Both the position numbers and the translations under genes were made by a program. A stretch of DNA of 64,000 nt from an uncultured Verrucomicrobiae bacterium (lineage in GTDB: Bacteria; Verrucomicrobiota; Verrucomicrobiia; Chthoniobacterales; JAATET01), in the NCBI GenBank assembly GCA_963719495.1, contig CAVRCI010000012.1, forward strand, positions 60,098 to 124,097, read 5' to 3'. The notes under the pieces are model-generated. The model was not told the origin of the DNA. It saw only the letters and a program-made list of their open reading frames with translations, and made no database searches. Positions 29,531 to 41,211 of the stretch are shown here, one piece after another (positions within the stretch are counted from its first letter, which is position 1; every line of letters begins with the position of its first letter).

Positions 29531-30419
29531 GGCCCGCCGGGTCGAATTTCAAGCCCGTCAGCCGCGTGTAAGCCTCGATGTATTTCTCCGACGTCCGCCG
29601 CGCCACATCGGTCGGCAACTCCGGAGCCGGCGGTGCCTTGTCCCAATCCAGCGTCTCCAGGTAATCGCGCACGAACTGCTTGTCGAAGCTCAGCGGACTC
29701 GTCCCGACCACGTATTCGTCCGCCTGCCAGAACCGCGACGAATCCGGCGTCAGGCACTCGTCGATCAGCACCAACTCGCCGCCCACCATCCCGAATTCAA
29801 ACTTCGTGTCCGCGATGATGATCCCCCGCTGAGCCGCCACCGCCCGTCCGTGCTCGTAAAGATCGATCGAAAAATCCCGCACCCGAATCGCGATCTCGTC
29901 GCCCAGCAGCCCGCGGCATTTGTTCCAGGAAATGTTCTCGTCGTGCCCCGATGTCGCCTTCGTCGAAGGCGTGAAAATCGGCTCCGGCAGTTTCTCCGCC
30001 TGCCGCAAACCCGCCGGCAGCTTGTGCCCGCAGACCGATCCCGTCCGCCGATAATCCGCCCAACCCGACCCCGCCAGGTAACCCCGCACCACGCACTCCA
30101 CCGGCAGCGGCATCGCCTTCTCCACGATCATCGACCGCCCCGCCAGCAGCTCCTCGTGCGGCTTGAGCACCTCCGGCAGCGCCCCCACCGGCAACCCGGC
30201 CAGTTGATTCGGAACAAAATCCAGCCGCTCGAACCAAAACTCCGACAGCTGCGTGAGCAAACTCCCCTTCGAAGGAATCGCCGTCGGCAAAATGCAATCG
30301 AAAGCCGAGATCCGATCCGTAGCCACGATGAGCAACCGATCGCCGAGATCGAACACCTCCCGCACCTTCCCGCTGCGCAATTTCGGAATACCCGGCAGAT
30401 CAACCGTAAGAACGTCCAT
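29514..30419 (-). CDS. purC: SAICAR synthetase
   Basis: SGKVRE, ATDRISAFD, ECVVRGYL.GSG, IADTKFEFG, DE.LTPDSSRFW, SFDKQFVRD. Confidence 0.97.
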   Translation of the reverse strand: MDVLTVDLPGIPKLRSGKVREVFDLGDRLLIVATDRISAFDCILPTAIPSKGSLLTQLSEFWFERLDFVPNQLAGLPVGALPEVLKPHEELLAGRSMIVEKAMPLPVECVVRGYLAGSGWADYRRTGSVCGHKLPAGLRQAEKLPEPIFTPSTKATSGHDENISWNKCRGLLGDEIAIRVRDFSIDLYEHGRAVAAQRGIIIADTKFEFGMVGGELVLIDECLTPDSSRFWQADEYVVGTSPLSFDKQFVRDYLETLDWDKAPPAPELPTDVARRTSEKYIEAYTRLTGLKFDPAGHGVVR

Positions 30420-30468
30420 GTCCGCGCGACGATATTTTCACCACCCAAAAACGCAAATTCCGATTTCC

Positions 30469-30579
30469 AACCGCGAATGGACGCCAATGAACGCGAATAT
30501 TCTGAAAGGACAGCGCATTCGCCCCGCCCCCCTCCTGTCACCCGCATCCATTCGCATCCATTCGCGTCCATTAGCGGTT
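30469..30579. repeat. Gene-less inverted pair of triple decamers (AACCGCGAAT family)
   Basis: aaccgcgaat-ggacgccaat-gaacgcgaat ... attcgcatcc-attcgcgtcc-attagcggtt. Confidence 0.85.
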
Positions 30580-30597
30580 CCCCATGCATTCCTTTAT

Positions 30598-31011
30598 CTA
30601 ATCGCCAAAGCACGCCAATGGACGCGAATGTCCTGAAAGCACCAGACGTTCCCACTCCAGTTTTGCACGCCTGAAGTTCAAGATCACACCGACCGAATGC
30701 CCAGTGATTCGGAGGTAATTCAGCATCTGCCCCCGCTCGTGGTCGGTGATTCGATCAATCACCTTGGTGTCCACGACCAAGCATCCAAAGACGATCAAGT
30801 CAGGAACGTATTCCGAGACCTTCACCCGTTTATAAACCACGTCAAAACGCGGCTGTTGTTGGAGAGGGATCTCGAGCAATTCAAACTCCACCACCAAAGC
30901 ATTCTCGTAAGGCTTCTCATGAAGCCCCGGACCCACCCCGTTCAGCACCTCCATCGCCGCCCCGACGACCCGAAAAACCTCCTCCTTCAGCAGCAACCCA
31001 TTAGCGTTCAT
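30598..31011 (-). CDS. GxxExxY family protein (PD-(D/E)XK nuclease-like)
   Basis: GAAMEV...GPGLHEKPYENAL (GxxExxY), PDLIV....VDTK, Q.LNYL..TG..VG.ILNF. Confidence 0.93.
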   Translation of the reverse strand: MNANGLLLKEEVFRVVGAAMEVLNGVGPGLHEKPYENALVVEFELLEIPLQQQPRFDVVYKRVKVSEYVPDLIVFGCLVVDTKVIDRITDHERGQMLNYLRITGHSVGVILNFRRAKLEWERLVLSGHSRPLACFGD

Positions 31012-31051
31012 TCGCGTCCATTAGCGGTTCAAATCTCACTCACCACAACGA

Positions 31052-32578
31052 ATGATCCTCCTCACCACCCTCAACGCCCGCTACATCCACGCCGCCTTCG
31101 GCCTGCGGTATTTGCGCGCGAACCTCGGTGAGCTGAAGGACCGATGCGAGATCGTCGAATTCGACATCAAGCAGCGCCCCATCGAGATCGTCGAGCGCCT
31201 CCTCGCCGACCAGCCCCGCATCATCGGAATCGGAGTCTACATCTGGAACGTCCGCGAATCGCTCGAAATCGTCTCCCTCCTCAAACGCATCGCCCCCGGG
31301 GTTTGCGTCGTCCTCGGCGGTCCCGAGGTCAGCCACGAGACCGCCGGCCAACCCATCGTCGAGCTCGCCGATCACACCATCACCGGCGAAGCCGATCTCG
31401 CCTTCGCCCAATTCTGCCGCCAATACCTCGCCGGCACCCCGCCCACCGCCAAGGTCATCCACGCCACCCTGCCCACCATCGACGACATCGTCCTCCCCTA
31501 CGACGAATACGACGCCGACGACATCGCCCACCGCGTCCTCTACGTCGAGGCCTCCCGCGGCTGCCCGTTCACCTGCGAATTCTGCCTCTCCTCACTCGAC
31601 GCCCCCGTCCGCCAATTCGCGCTCGAGCCCTTCCTCCGATCCCTCGACGACCTGATGCGGCGCGGCGTCCGCCAATTCAAATTCGTCGACCGCACCTTCA
31701 ACCTCAACCTCAAGATCAGCGCCGCCATCCTGCAATTCTTCCTCGACCGCATCGAACCCGGCCTCTTCGTCCACTTCGAAATGGTCCCCGACCGCCTACC
31801 CGAAGCCCTGCGCGATCTCATCGTCCAATTCCCACCCGGCGCCCTGCAATTCGAGGTCGGCATCCAGACCTTCAACCCCGAAGTCGCCGCCCTCATCAGC
31901 CGTCGGCAAAATTACGACCGCCTCGCCGCGAACCTCACGTTCTTGAAGGAGGAAACCGGCGTCCACGTCCACGCCGACCTCATCTTCGGACTCCCCGGCG
32001 AATCGCTCGAAAGCTTCGGCGAAGGTTTCGACCGCCTCGTCCGCATTGGCCCGCAGGAGATCCAGGTCGGCATGCTCAAACGCCTCCGCGGCACGCCCAT
32101 CATCCGCCACGACGCCGAGTGGGGCATGGTCTACGCCGACCACCCGCCCTACGAGATCCTCCGCACCAAGCTCGTCGACTTTGACGCCATGCAGCGCCTG
32201 CGCCGATTCGCCCGCTTCTGGGATCTCATCGGCAACAGCGGCAACTTCCCGAGCACCCTCGCCGCCCTCTGGGAAACGACTTCCTCCCCGTTCCAGGCCT
32301 TCCTCGCCCTCAGCGATTGGCTCCACGCCACCCTCGGTCGCACCAGCGCCATCCCGCTCCACACCCTTGCCGAGCTTCTCCACCGCCACCTCACCGAAGT
32401 CCAGGCCGTCCCCCCGGCCACCATCGACGCCCACCTCCGCGCCGACTACGCCGCCGCCGGCCGCACCGACCTCCCGAAGTGGCTCCGCCGCGCAGGCGAC
32501 CACGTCCGCTCCACGAGAAGAGCGACCCCCACCGACCTCCCCAAACGCCAGGCCCGCCGCACCCCCACCGCGGCCTGA
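31052..32578 (+). CDS. B12-binding radical SAM protein (DUF4080-type)
   Basis: LNARYIH..FGLRYL, YIWN, GGPEVS, EASRGCPFTCEFCLS (CxxxCxxC). Confidence 0.9.
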   Translation: MILLTTLNARYIHAAFGLRYLRANLGELKDRCEIVEFDIKQRPIEIVERLLADQPRIIGIGVYIWNVRESLEIVSLLKRIAPGVCVVLGGPEVSHETAGQPIVELADHTITGEADLAFAQFCRQYLAGTPPTAKVIHATLPTIDDIVLPYDEYDADDIAHRVLYVEASRGCPFTCEFCLSSLDAPVRQFALEPFLRSLDDLMRRGVRQFKFVDRTFNLNLKISAAILQFFLDRIEPGLFVHFEMVPDRLPEALRDLIVQFPPGALQFEVGIQTFNPEVAALISRRQNYDRLAANLTFLKEETGVHVHADLIFGLPGESLESFGEGFDRLVRIGPQEIQVGMLKRLRGTPIIRHDAEWGMVYADHPPYEILRTKLVDFDAMQRLRRFARFWDLIGNSGNFPSTLAALWETTSSPFQAFLALSDWLHATLGRTSAIPLHTLAELLHRHLTEVQAVPPATIDAHLRADYAAAGRTDLPKWLRRAGDHVRSTRRATPTDLPKRQARRTPTAA

Positions 32579-32590
32579 ACCTCGTCCCCC

Positions 32591-32634
32591 CGGAGGGCGA
32601 GGCTCCCCCCGGAGGGCGAGGCTCCCGCCGAGCC
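32591..32634. repeat. Tandem GGAGGGCGAGGCTCC REP-like units
   Basis: cggagggcgaggctcccccc-ggagggcgaggctcccgccgagcc. Confidence 0.75.
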
Positions 32635-33068
32635 CACTTTAAAAACCCGACTGACGTCAAATCCAAGGGACCACCGGACGCTCGTCGCCCCGGTCTCCAG
32701 CTGCCGCCGATCTCGAGTTACGGGAGTCGAAGGTCGGGAGGCCATCTTTCGGGGCGGATCCCTGGATGGCTCATCCTCCACGCCCGCGCCACGAACCGCC
32801 CGGTCCCAGCCGCCGCACTTGTCGCCCGCTTCGAAAGCAATTGCCTCGACCCCGCGACCTACCTCCTCGTCCCCGCCGTCCTCGTCGCCCGAGCGATTCG
32901 ATGGACCACGCGGAGATTGATGCGGTGAGCTTTTCCCACGCAGAGACGGGGAGGCGCAGTGCTGAGGAAATCCTCACCGCACCCTTCCACAAAACCCGTC
33001 ACGTTGAGCGAAGCGAAACGTCTCTGGCTTCTCACCCGCCCGACGTTCGCGTGCGGTGTAAGCCAGAA

Positions 33069-34919
33069 CTACCGGGTCACCAACTGCTCGAGCAGCGAAT
33101 TGATCCGCCGCAGCATCGCGTTCGGATCCTCCATCAGCCCCGCCGAGATCAACGCGTTGTCGTAGATCTGCTCAGTCACCTGCTTCGCCAGATCGGCGTT
33201 CGATTCACGCGTCACGTTCAGACCCGCGATCATCGGGTGCGCCGGATTGATCTCGAGGTTCTGCTTGAACGGATTCGCCTCGCCACGGTTCAGATTTTTC
33301 AGCATTCGCCGCATGCTCGACGTCATTCCCTTGTCGCTCTCCACGACCACCGCCGGACTGTCCACCAGCCGCGACGACACGCGCACCTCGTCGACCTTGT
33401 CGCCCAGCGTCTCTTTGAGAAAATTGCACAGCATCCGCGACGCGTCGTCGTCGAGCTTGCTCTCGCCCTTCTCGAGCTCGATCTCGGCCTTCTCCGCCGA
33501 GACGATCAGCTTGCCGTCGAACTCGTTGAGGTGGTCCATCACGAATTCATCCCAAGGATCGAAGAGAAAAAGAACTTCCAGATTCTTCGCCTTAAGCCCC
33601 TCGTAGTAAGGGCTCGCCAGGCAGGCCTCCCGCGACGACGCCGAGATGAAGTAAATTTCCTTCTGCTCGTCGCCCATTCGCGACACGTAATCCGCGAGCG
33701 ACCCCGGCGTCTCCGAAGTCGACGTCTCGTAACGCAGCAGCTTCGCCAGCGCGTCCCGGTGCGTGTAATCGCTCACGATCCCCTCCTTGAGGAAGTGGCC
33801 GAATTCCTTGAAGAACCCCGCGAACTTGTCCGGATCACCCTTCGCCTCGTCGTCGAGAAATTTGAGGAAGCGCGTCGTGAGCACCTTGTTGATCTTCTGC
33901 AGCAGCGCGCTGTCCTGCATCGTCTCCCGCGAGATGTTCAACGGCAAATCCTCGCTGTCGACGACACCTTTGAGGAAGCGCAACCACTCGGGGAAGAGCC
34001 CCTTCGACTTCGATTGAATGAGAATCTTGCGGCAATAGAGGTGCACTTCGCTCTCGGTCTTCGGCATCCCGAGCTTCTCCATGCTGTGCGTCGGAACGAA
34101 GAGGAGCGCGCGAATCGCGAGCGGCGCGTCGGCGTTGAAGTGCAGCCGATAGAGCGGAGCCGCGCTGTCGTGGCCGATGAATTTGTAAAACTCCTCGTAG
34201 TCCGTGTCGGTGATCTCGCTTTTGTTCCGCGTCCAGATGGCGCTGATCGTGTTGACCGTTTTGCCGTTCAGCTCGATCGGCGATCCGACGAAGTTCGAAT
34301 ACCGCTTGATGATGGATTCGACCCGGTGCTCGTTCGCGTATTCCGAGTCATCCTCCTTGAGGTGAATGACGATCTTCGTTCCCCGCTGCAGATCGCTGGC
34401 TTCCTCCAACTCGTAACTGCTCACGCCGTCCGACGTCCAGATCCACCCCTTCGCGTCCGGCTGATAGCTCCGCGTGTAAACCGTCACCTTCTCCGCGACC
34501 ATGAACGCCGAATAGAACCCAACGCCGAACTGCCCAATGATCTCCGCCGTCTCGCCGGAAGCCCCCGCCGCCGCCTTCTCCTTGATCTGTTGAAGAAACG
34601 CCTTCGATCCCGAGTGCGCGATCGTGCCAAGATTTTCGACGAGTTCCTCCTTCGTCATTCCGATCCCCGCGTCGGCAAAAGTGATCGTCTTCGCCGTGTC
34701 GTCCGTGTTCACCGCGATCTCCAGAGCCCGGTCGCCTTCGAAGACCTCCGTGCCGGAAGTCTGATGAAAACGCAGCTTCTCGGTCGCGTCGGCGGCGTTG
34801 GAAATCAGCTCACGGATAAAGATCTCCTTATCCGTGTAGAGCGAATGGATGACGATGTTGAGAAGCTGGGCGATCTCCGCCTGGAACTCGTGTTTTTCGG
34901 GAGTGGTGGTCGTGCTCAT
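33069..34919 (-). CDS. htpG: Hsp90 chaperone HtpG
   Basis: FQAE..QLL....SLY..KEIF.RELISNA.DA, IGQFGVGFYSAF, GVVDSEDLPLNISRE; ATG at 34919. Confidence 0.97.
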   Translation of the reverse strand: MSTTTTPEKHEFQAEIAQLLNIVIHSLYTDKEIFIRELISNAADATEKLRFHQTSGTEVFEGDRALEIAVNTDDTAKTITFADAGIGMTKEELVENLGTIAHSGSKAFLQQIKEKAAAGASGETAEIIGQFGVGFYSAFMVAEKVTVYTRSYQPDAKGWIWTSDGVSSYELEEASDLQRGTKIVIHLKEDDSEYANEHRVESIIKRYSNFVGSPIELNGKTVNTISAIWTRNKSEITDTDYEEFYKFIGHDSAAPLYRLHFNADAPLAIRALLFVPTHSMEKLGMPKTESEVHLYCRKILIQSKSKGLFPEWLRFLKGVVDSEDLPLNISRETMQDSALLQKINKVLTTRFLKFLDDEAKGDPDKFAGFFKEFGHFLKEGIVSDYTHRDALAKLLRYETSTSETPGSLADYVSRMGDEQKEIYFISASSREACLASPYYEGLKAKNLEVLFLFDPWDEFVMDHLNEFDGKLIVSAEKAEIELEKGESKLDDDASRMLCNFLKETLGDKVDEVRVSSRLVDSPAVVVESDKGMTSSMRRMLKNLNRGEANPFKQNLEINPAHPMIAGLNVTRESNADLAKQVTEQIYDNALISAGLMEDPNAMLRRINSLLEQLVTR

Positions 34920-34983
34920 AAGGAAAATTTGGGACCGGAACCATGCCACAACCCCCAAATTAGAAAACCCAAAAGCGCGCCGC

Positions 34984-35019
34984 TCAAGGAGCGGCGATTT
35001 GCAATCGCCGAACCAACCC
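34984..35019. repeat. REP-like GGAGCGGCGATTTGCAATCGCCG unit
   Basis: 36 nt identical to 47361-47396; hairpin cggcgat-ttgca-atcgccg. Confidence 0.8.
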
Positions 35020-35053
35020 TATCCGGCAAAGCCGGACACTCTCTCCCTAGACC

Positions 35054-35490
35054 CTACCGCCCCATCAACTCATCCATCGCCGCGTTCGCCAGCACGTCGC
35101 ACCGCTCGTTCTCCCGGTGCCCGGCGTGCCCCTTCAGCCAGCGCCACTCGATCGTGTGCTTTGCCGCCGCCGCGTCGAGTTCCTTCCAGAGATCCACGTT
35201 CTTCACCGGCTGCCGCGCCTTGGTCATCCACCCGTTCTTCTTCCAGCCCGCGATCCACGACGCGATCCCGTTCTGCACGTATTTCGAATCCGTAAAAAAT
35301 TCCACCTCGCACGGCTGCACCAGCGCTTCCAGCGCCGCGATGGCCGCCTGCAGCTCCATCCGGTTATTCGTCGTCGTCGACGCTGACCCGCTCAATTCCT
35401 TGCGCTGCGTCCCGTAGACGAGCACGACCCCCCAACCGCCCGGCCCGGGATTCCCCCGGCACCCGCCGTCGGTGTGAACCACAACCCGCT

Positions 35491-35494
<4 letters not shown>
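35054..35494 (-). CDS. rnhA: Ribonuclease HI
   Basis: [45 protein letters not shown]. Confidence 0.97.
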
Positions 35495-37488
<1,994 letters not shown>

Positions 37489-37607
37489 GGTCCGCGCACG
37501 CTATCACGCGTCCGCGCCGAAAGGTAAAGAAAGAACCCGACGCGAAGCCCGCCACTTCGGCGGCCCTTTCACTTTACCAACGCCCGGACCCGCTTCTTAC
37601 TGTCCCG

Positions 37608-39011
37608 ATGATTCGTTCGCCCCTCGCCGCGGTCCTACTCCTCATCCCCTCGCTCCTCCCAGCCGCCGAGTTGGTCGAATCGCTCCAGGCCTTCCAGGAA
37701 AAACTGACCGCCGCCACCGCGAGCGAGCCCAACCAAAATCGCCAGCCGCGCAATCTCGTCCAACTCGAGACCCTCGAAATGCTCGTCAAACGCGGCGACT
37801 TCGATAAAGCCGAGCGCGCGTTGGAAGGTCTCGGCTACTTCGAAGTCCCACCCGAGCTCCAATCCGAATGGCTCGACCTCGTCGAAGAGCTCACCGCCGC
37901 CCTCGCCACCGCGCAACAGGAAGCCATGGAAAGCTGGCGCCTGGACGTCGGCGCGCTCGGCCAGACCGCCGCCACCGCCTGCGTCGAAGCCACCGAACCC
38001 GCCGATCTCGACGAGACCCTCATCGCCTGCGCCGCCCTGCAGATGAACGGGCGCGGCCAGGATAACGTCCTCGGCCGGGTCGTTTCCCAACGCCTCAACG
38101 GCATCGCCCAAACCCTGGAAATCTGGTCGCGCTATCTGGAATTTCGAGCCGCCGGCAACCCCAAGTCCGCCAACGACGCGCTCCGCCAACTCACCAGCGG
38201 CCGCTCCGATTACCCGCTCCTCACCACCAGCCAGATCGAAGCCGCCTTCCTCCCCGAGCCCATTACCGACCGCAGCGACGCCGAAGGAATGATCCTCGAA
38301 GCTCTCGGCACTCTCGACTCGCCCGCGGAAATCCCCGCCGCCATCGAGCGCGTCGAAGCCCTCGGTCGCAATCCCAATTTTTCGGGACGCGGCCAGACCA
38401 CCAACATCGTCGAGTCGCTCAACCAGCTCCAAACCGCGGGAACCGCCCTCGAAGCCGATCAACCCGCCGCTGCGATCCGATCCGTGGATCGAATCAACGG
38501 CGGATACAGCGGCGTGATCAGTCTTCTCGAAGGCCTGCGACTCCAGATCGTGTCCACCGCTCTCGAGCAAGAAATCCTCCGCGTCGTCGATCTCGCCCGC
38601 GAGCCGGGCGAGGACAACCCGGCCCTCCTCGAACGCGCCCTCGGCCAGCTGGCCACCAAATCCGACTATCCCGCGATGATCGAATTGATCGCGCTCTCCG
38701 GTGACCTTCCCGGCACCCGTGGCTCGGCGCTCGGAGAGCTTCGGAGCGACCAGAACACGATCGAACAATTCCTCGCCGCCCAGCGGTTCGAGTCCGCCGG
38801 CGACACCCGCTCCGCCATCCGAGCCTACCGCACCGTCGTCAGCCGAGGCGGGAAGCTGGTCCCCACCGACGCCGCCACCACCGCGCTCGCCCGACTCACC
38901 GAAGCCAACCCCGACGTCGCCAACGATTCGAGTGCCGAGCTCATCGAGGAGATCCGCGGCCTCCGCCTCCTCCTCGAGTCCCAACGCCGCCGCCCGCCCG
39001 GCTTTCCGTGA
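37608..39011 (+). CDS. Exported hypothetical protein (helical)
   Basis: ATG 37608 with signal-peptide-like MIRSPLAAVLLLIPSLLPAA; host-like codon use. Confidence 0.7.
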   Translation: MIRSPLAAVLLLIPSLLPAAELVESLQAFQEKLTAATASEPNQNRQPRNLVQLETLEMLVKRGDFDKAERALEGLGYFEVPPELQSEWLDLVEELTAALATAQQEAMESWRLDVGALGQTAATACVEATEPADLDETLIACAALQMNGRGQDNVLGRVVSQRLNGIAQTLEIWSRYLEFRAAGNPKSANDALRQLTSGRSDYPLLTTSQIEAAFLPEPITDRSDAEGMILEALGTLDSPAEIPAAIERVEALGRNPNFSGRGQTTNIVESLNQLQTAGTALEADQPAAAIRSVDRINGGYSGVISLLEGLRLQIVSTALEQEILRVVDLAREPGEDNPALLERALGQLATKSDYPAMIELIALSGDLPGTRGSALGELRSDQNTIEQFLAAQRFESAGDTRSAIRAYRTVVSRGGKLVPTDAATTALARLTEANPDVANDSSAELIEEIRGLRLLLESQRRRPPGFP

Positions 39012-40084
39012 ATCCCCGATTCCTCCTCTTCGCCTTCTTCGCGCTGGCAGTCCCCGCTCACGCCTCCCCCGCCGAATGGCCCGAGGGCTGGCGAAAAGCC
39101 TACGAGCGATTCGAAAATTTCACGGCGAATCAGCGCCGCCTCTGGCCCGCCTCGGACCTGACCATTCTCCCCGACGGCTCCGTCCAGCACGGCATCCGCC
39201 TCACCGAAACGCGCACGGAACACATCTCGATCGAAATTTTTCGCGACGGCGCGAGCATTCTCACCACTTCCGATGAGACTCGCATTTTCCCCGCCAGCGC
39301 GGGGTCGAAATTTCCCAACGGCACCCACACCGCCGCCATCAAGACGACCGGCACCCTTGGTTACCAATACGCCTTCCCGATCCACCGCTTCGAGATTCGC
39401 GGCGACTCCCTCGCTCCGCCACCCGCGCCCCCGACCCGCCCCGACGCCGTTTGGCCGAACGAGCGCGCCCTCGCCTTCTTCAATTTCCACGTCGCGCCCC
39501 ACCGCAACCCCAACGACGTCCGCGAAGCCAACGAGAAGGTCAGCCCCGCCCTCGTCCTGCGCGTCGACCAGAGCGGGACCGTCCACCGCGACCTGCTCGC
39601 CGACGATGCCGCCGAGAACGCCCTCCACTGGCGCGTCTACCATCAGGGCCAGCTCGTCGCCGACGAATCTGCCGCCGGCGTGCCGACCAAACGAATGACC
39701 CACGGCTTCGGCACCTACCAGGTTCTGCTCGGAATCGAGGGACCGACCGGATTCATGCCCGTCGGCAACTTCCTGGAATTCCCGCTCTTCCCGGAAGCCG
39801 ACGGGAGCCTCGCCGTCCGCCCCACCATGTCACCCACCGACCGCCTGCCGGAATTTCTCGACGGAATCGCCCGCATCGGCGACGACGGGCGGGCCGACGC
39901 CGACAGCGACGACGACGGCCTCACGAACGCCGAAGAAGGCTACATCCCCCTCGTCGTCGACCCGCGCACGGCCTCCGATTTGGAAAAATCCGCCCTCCTC
40001 CGTCTCTGGCGAAGCTGGCAATACGACGTCGTCCACCGTTTCGCCGCCGACCCCGACCACCCCGGCTTCATCAAGCTGCGCTGA
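39008..40084 (+). CDS. Exported hypothetical protein
   Basis: Signal peptide ending AHA; GTGA overlap with upstream gene; DSDDDGL.N.EE Ca-binding-like motif. Confidence 0.7.
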   Translation: MNPRFLLFAFFALAVPAHASPAEWPEGWRKAYERFENFTANQRRLWPASDLTILPDGSVQHGIRLTETRTEHISIEIFRDGASILTTSDETRIFPASAGSKFPNGTHTAAIKTTGTLGYQYAFPIHRFEIRGDSLAPPPAPPTRPDAVWPNERALAFFNFHVAPHRNPNDVREANEKVSPALVLRVDQSGTVHRDLLADDAAENALHWRVYHQGQLVADESAAGVPTKRMTHGFGTYQVLLGIEGPTGFMPVGNFLEFPLFPEADGSLAVRPTMSPTDRLPEFLDGIARIGDDGRADADSDDDGLTNAEEGYIPLVVDPRTASDLEKSALLRLWRSWQYDVVHRFAADPDHPGFIKLR

Positions 40085-40140
40085 CCCCAAAAATCCCTCG
40101 CGATTCCCGCGCCCGTCGCGTCATTCTGAAAACGCAGCCC

Positions 40141-40962
40141 ATGCCGACGTTCACCAACATCGCCGCCTACCAGTTCGCGACGCTCACCGAGTTGCCCGCC
40201 CTCCGCGCCGACCTGCTCGACCAATGCCGCACCGACGCCATGCGCGGCACGATCCTCCTCAGCCCCGAAGGCATCAACCTCTTCGTCGCCGCCGAGCGCC
40301 CCGCCATCGACCGCCTTCTCGCCCGACTCCGCGCCATCGAAGGCCTCGCCGAGCTCACGCCCAAGTTCAGCGAGAGCGACCACCAGCCCTTCACGCGCAT
40401 GCTCGTCCGCCTCAAGCGCGAAATCATCGCCTTCGGCGTCGCCGGCATCGATCCCGCCACCCACACATCCCCCCGCATCGCGCCGACCGAGCTCAAACGC
40501 TGGCTCGACGAAGGCCGTCCCGTCACCCTCCTCGACACCCGCAACACCTTCGAAGGGGACCTCGGCACGTTCGAAGGCGCCCACCGCCTCGACCTCGACA
40601 ACTTCCGCGATTTCCCCCAAGTCGCCGCCACCCTGCCGGACGAGCTCAAGGACCAACCGGTCGTCACCTTCTGCACCGGCGGCATCCGCTGCGAAAAAGC
40701 CGCTCCCTACCTCGAGAAGCTCGGCTTCCAAAACGTCCTCCAGCTCGCCGGCGGCATCCTCAAATATTTCGAGGAGTGCGGCCACGCCCACTACGAAGGC
40801 GAGTGCTTCGTCTTCGACAAACGCGTCGCCGTCGACTCGAGCTTGCGGGAAACCGGAGCCGCCCTCTGCTTCGCCTGCCAGATGCCCGTTACCGTCGCCC
40901 AACAGCTCGACCCCCGCTACATCCCAACCATCTCCTGCCCCCACTGCGCCAAGCCAGGGTAG
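40141..40962 (+). CDS. trhO: Rhodanese-related TrhO/YceA family protein
   Basis: RGTILLSPEGIN, V.LKREII, LLDTRN..E...G.F, FCTGGIRCEKA, L.GGILKYFE, CFVFD.R; ATG 40141. Confidence 0.8.
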   Translation: MPTFTNIAAYQFATLTELPALRADLLDQCRTDAMRGTILLSPEGINLFVAAERPAIDRLLARLRAIEGLAELTPKFSESDHQPFTRMLVRLKREIIAFGVAGIDPATHTSPRIAPTELKRWLDEGRPVTLLDTRNTFEGDLGTFEGAHRLDLDNFRDFPQVAATLPDELKDQPVVTFCTGGIRCEKAAPYLEKLGFQNVLQLAGGILKYFEECGHAHYEGECFVFDKRVAVDSSLRETGAALCFACQMPVTVAQQLDPRYIPTISCPHCAKPG

Positions 40963-41121
40963 GGCAGCCGCGCCGCCGGGTGCCCATTTTTGGTCAGAAG
41001 TGACCATCGCCGACGAAAGATTCCCAATACTCGGCGCCGGACTCCGCGGTAAAATTCACCCCACCCGTGACCAGCACCCCCAGCGAGAAAGCCACGGCAC
41101 CCGGGGCCCGGCTGCCCTACC
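40957..41121. repeat. GTAG-type REP inverted pair (REPIN-like)
   Basis: gggtagggcagccgcgccgccgggtgccca ... ggcacccggggcccggctgccctacc; second pair at 52912-53075. Confidence 0.8.
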
Positions 41122-41211
41122 TGTGTGGACGACGCGAGGCCTTCGGCCTCTTGGTCCCTCTCACCCTTTGCGACCTTTGCGACCTTCTGTTCAAAGCGCA
41201 CTCACCCCGCC

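Noticed and set aside
30469..31029. CRISPR interpretation of the decamer repeats
   Set aside because: The repeats are inverted pairs of short tandem units, with no regular repeat-spacer array and no cas genes.
31052..32578. B12 radical SAM as part of the arsenic pathway
   Set aside because: Almost 9 kb away, on the opposite strand, among housekeeping genes; a widespread stand-alone family.
32766..35417. 883-aa plus-strand ORF and similar long Arg/Pro-rich ORFs throughout the window
   Set aside because: Antisense or off-frame to clear genes (htpG, rnhA and others); expected in high-GC DNA.
40141..40962. Rhodanese as a thio-arsenical enzyme of the ars cluster
   Set aside because: Opposite strand, and it carries typical TrhO/YceA motifs of a tRNA-modification gene.
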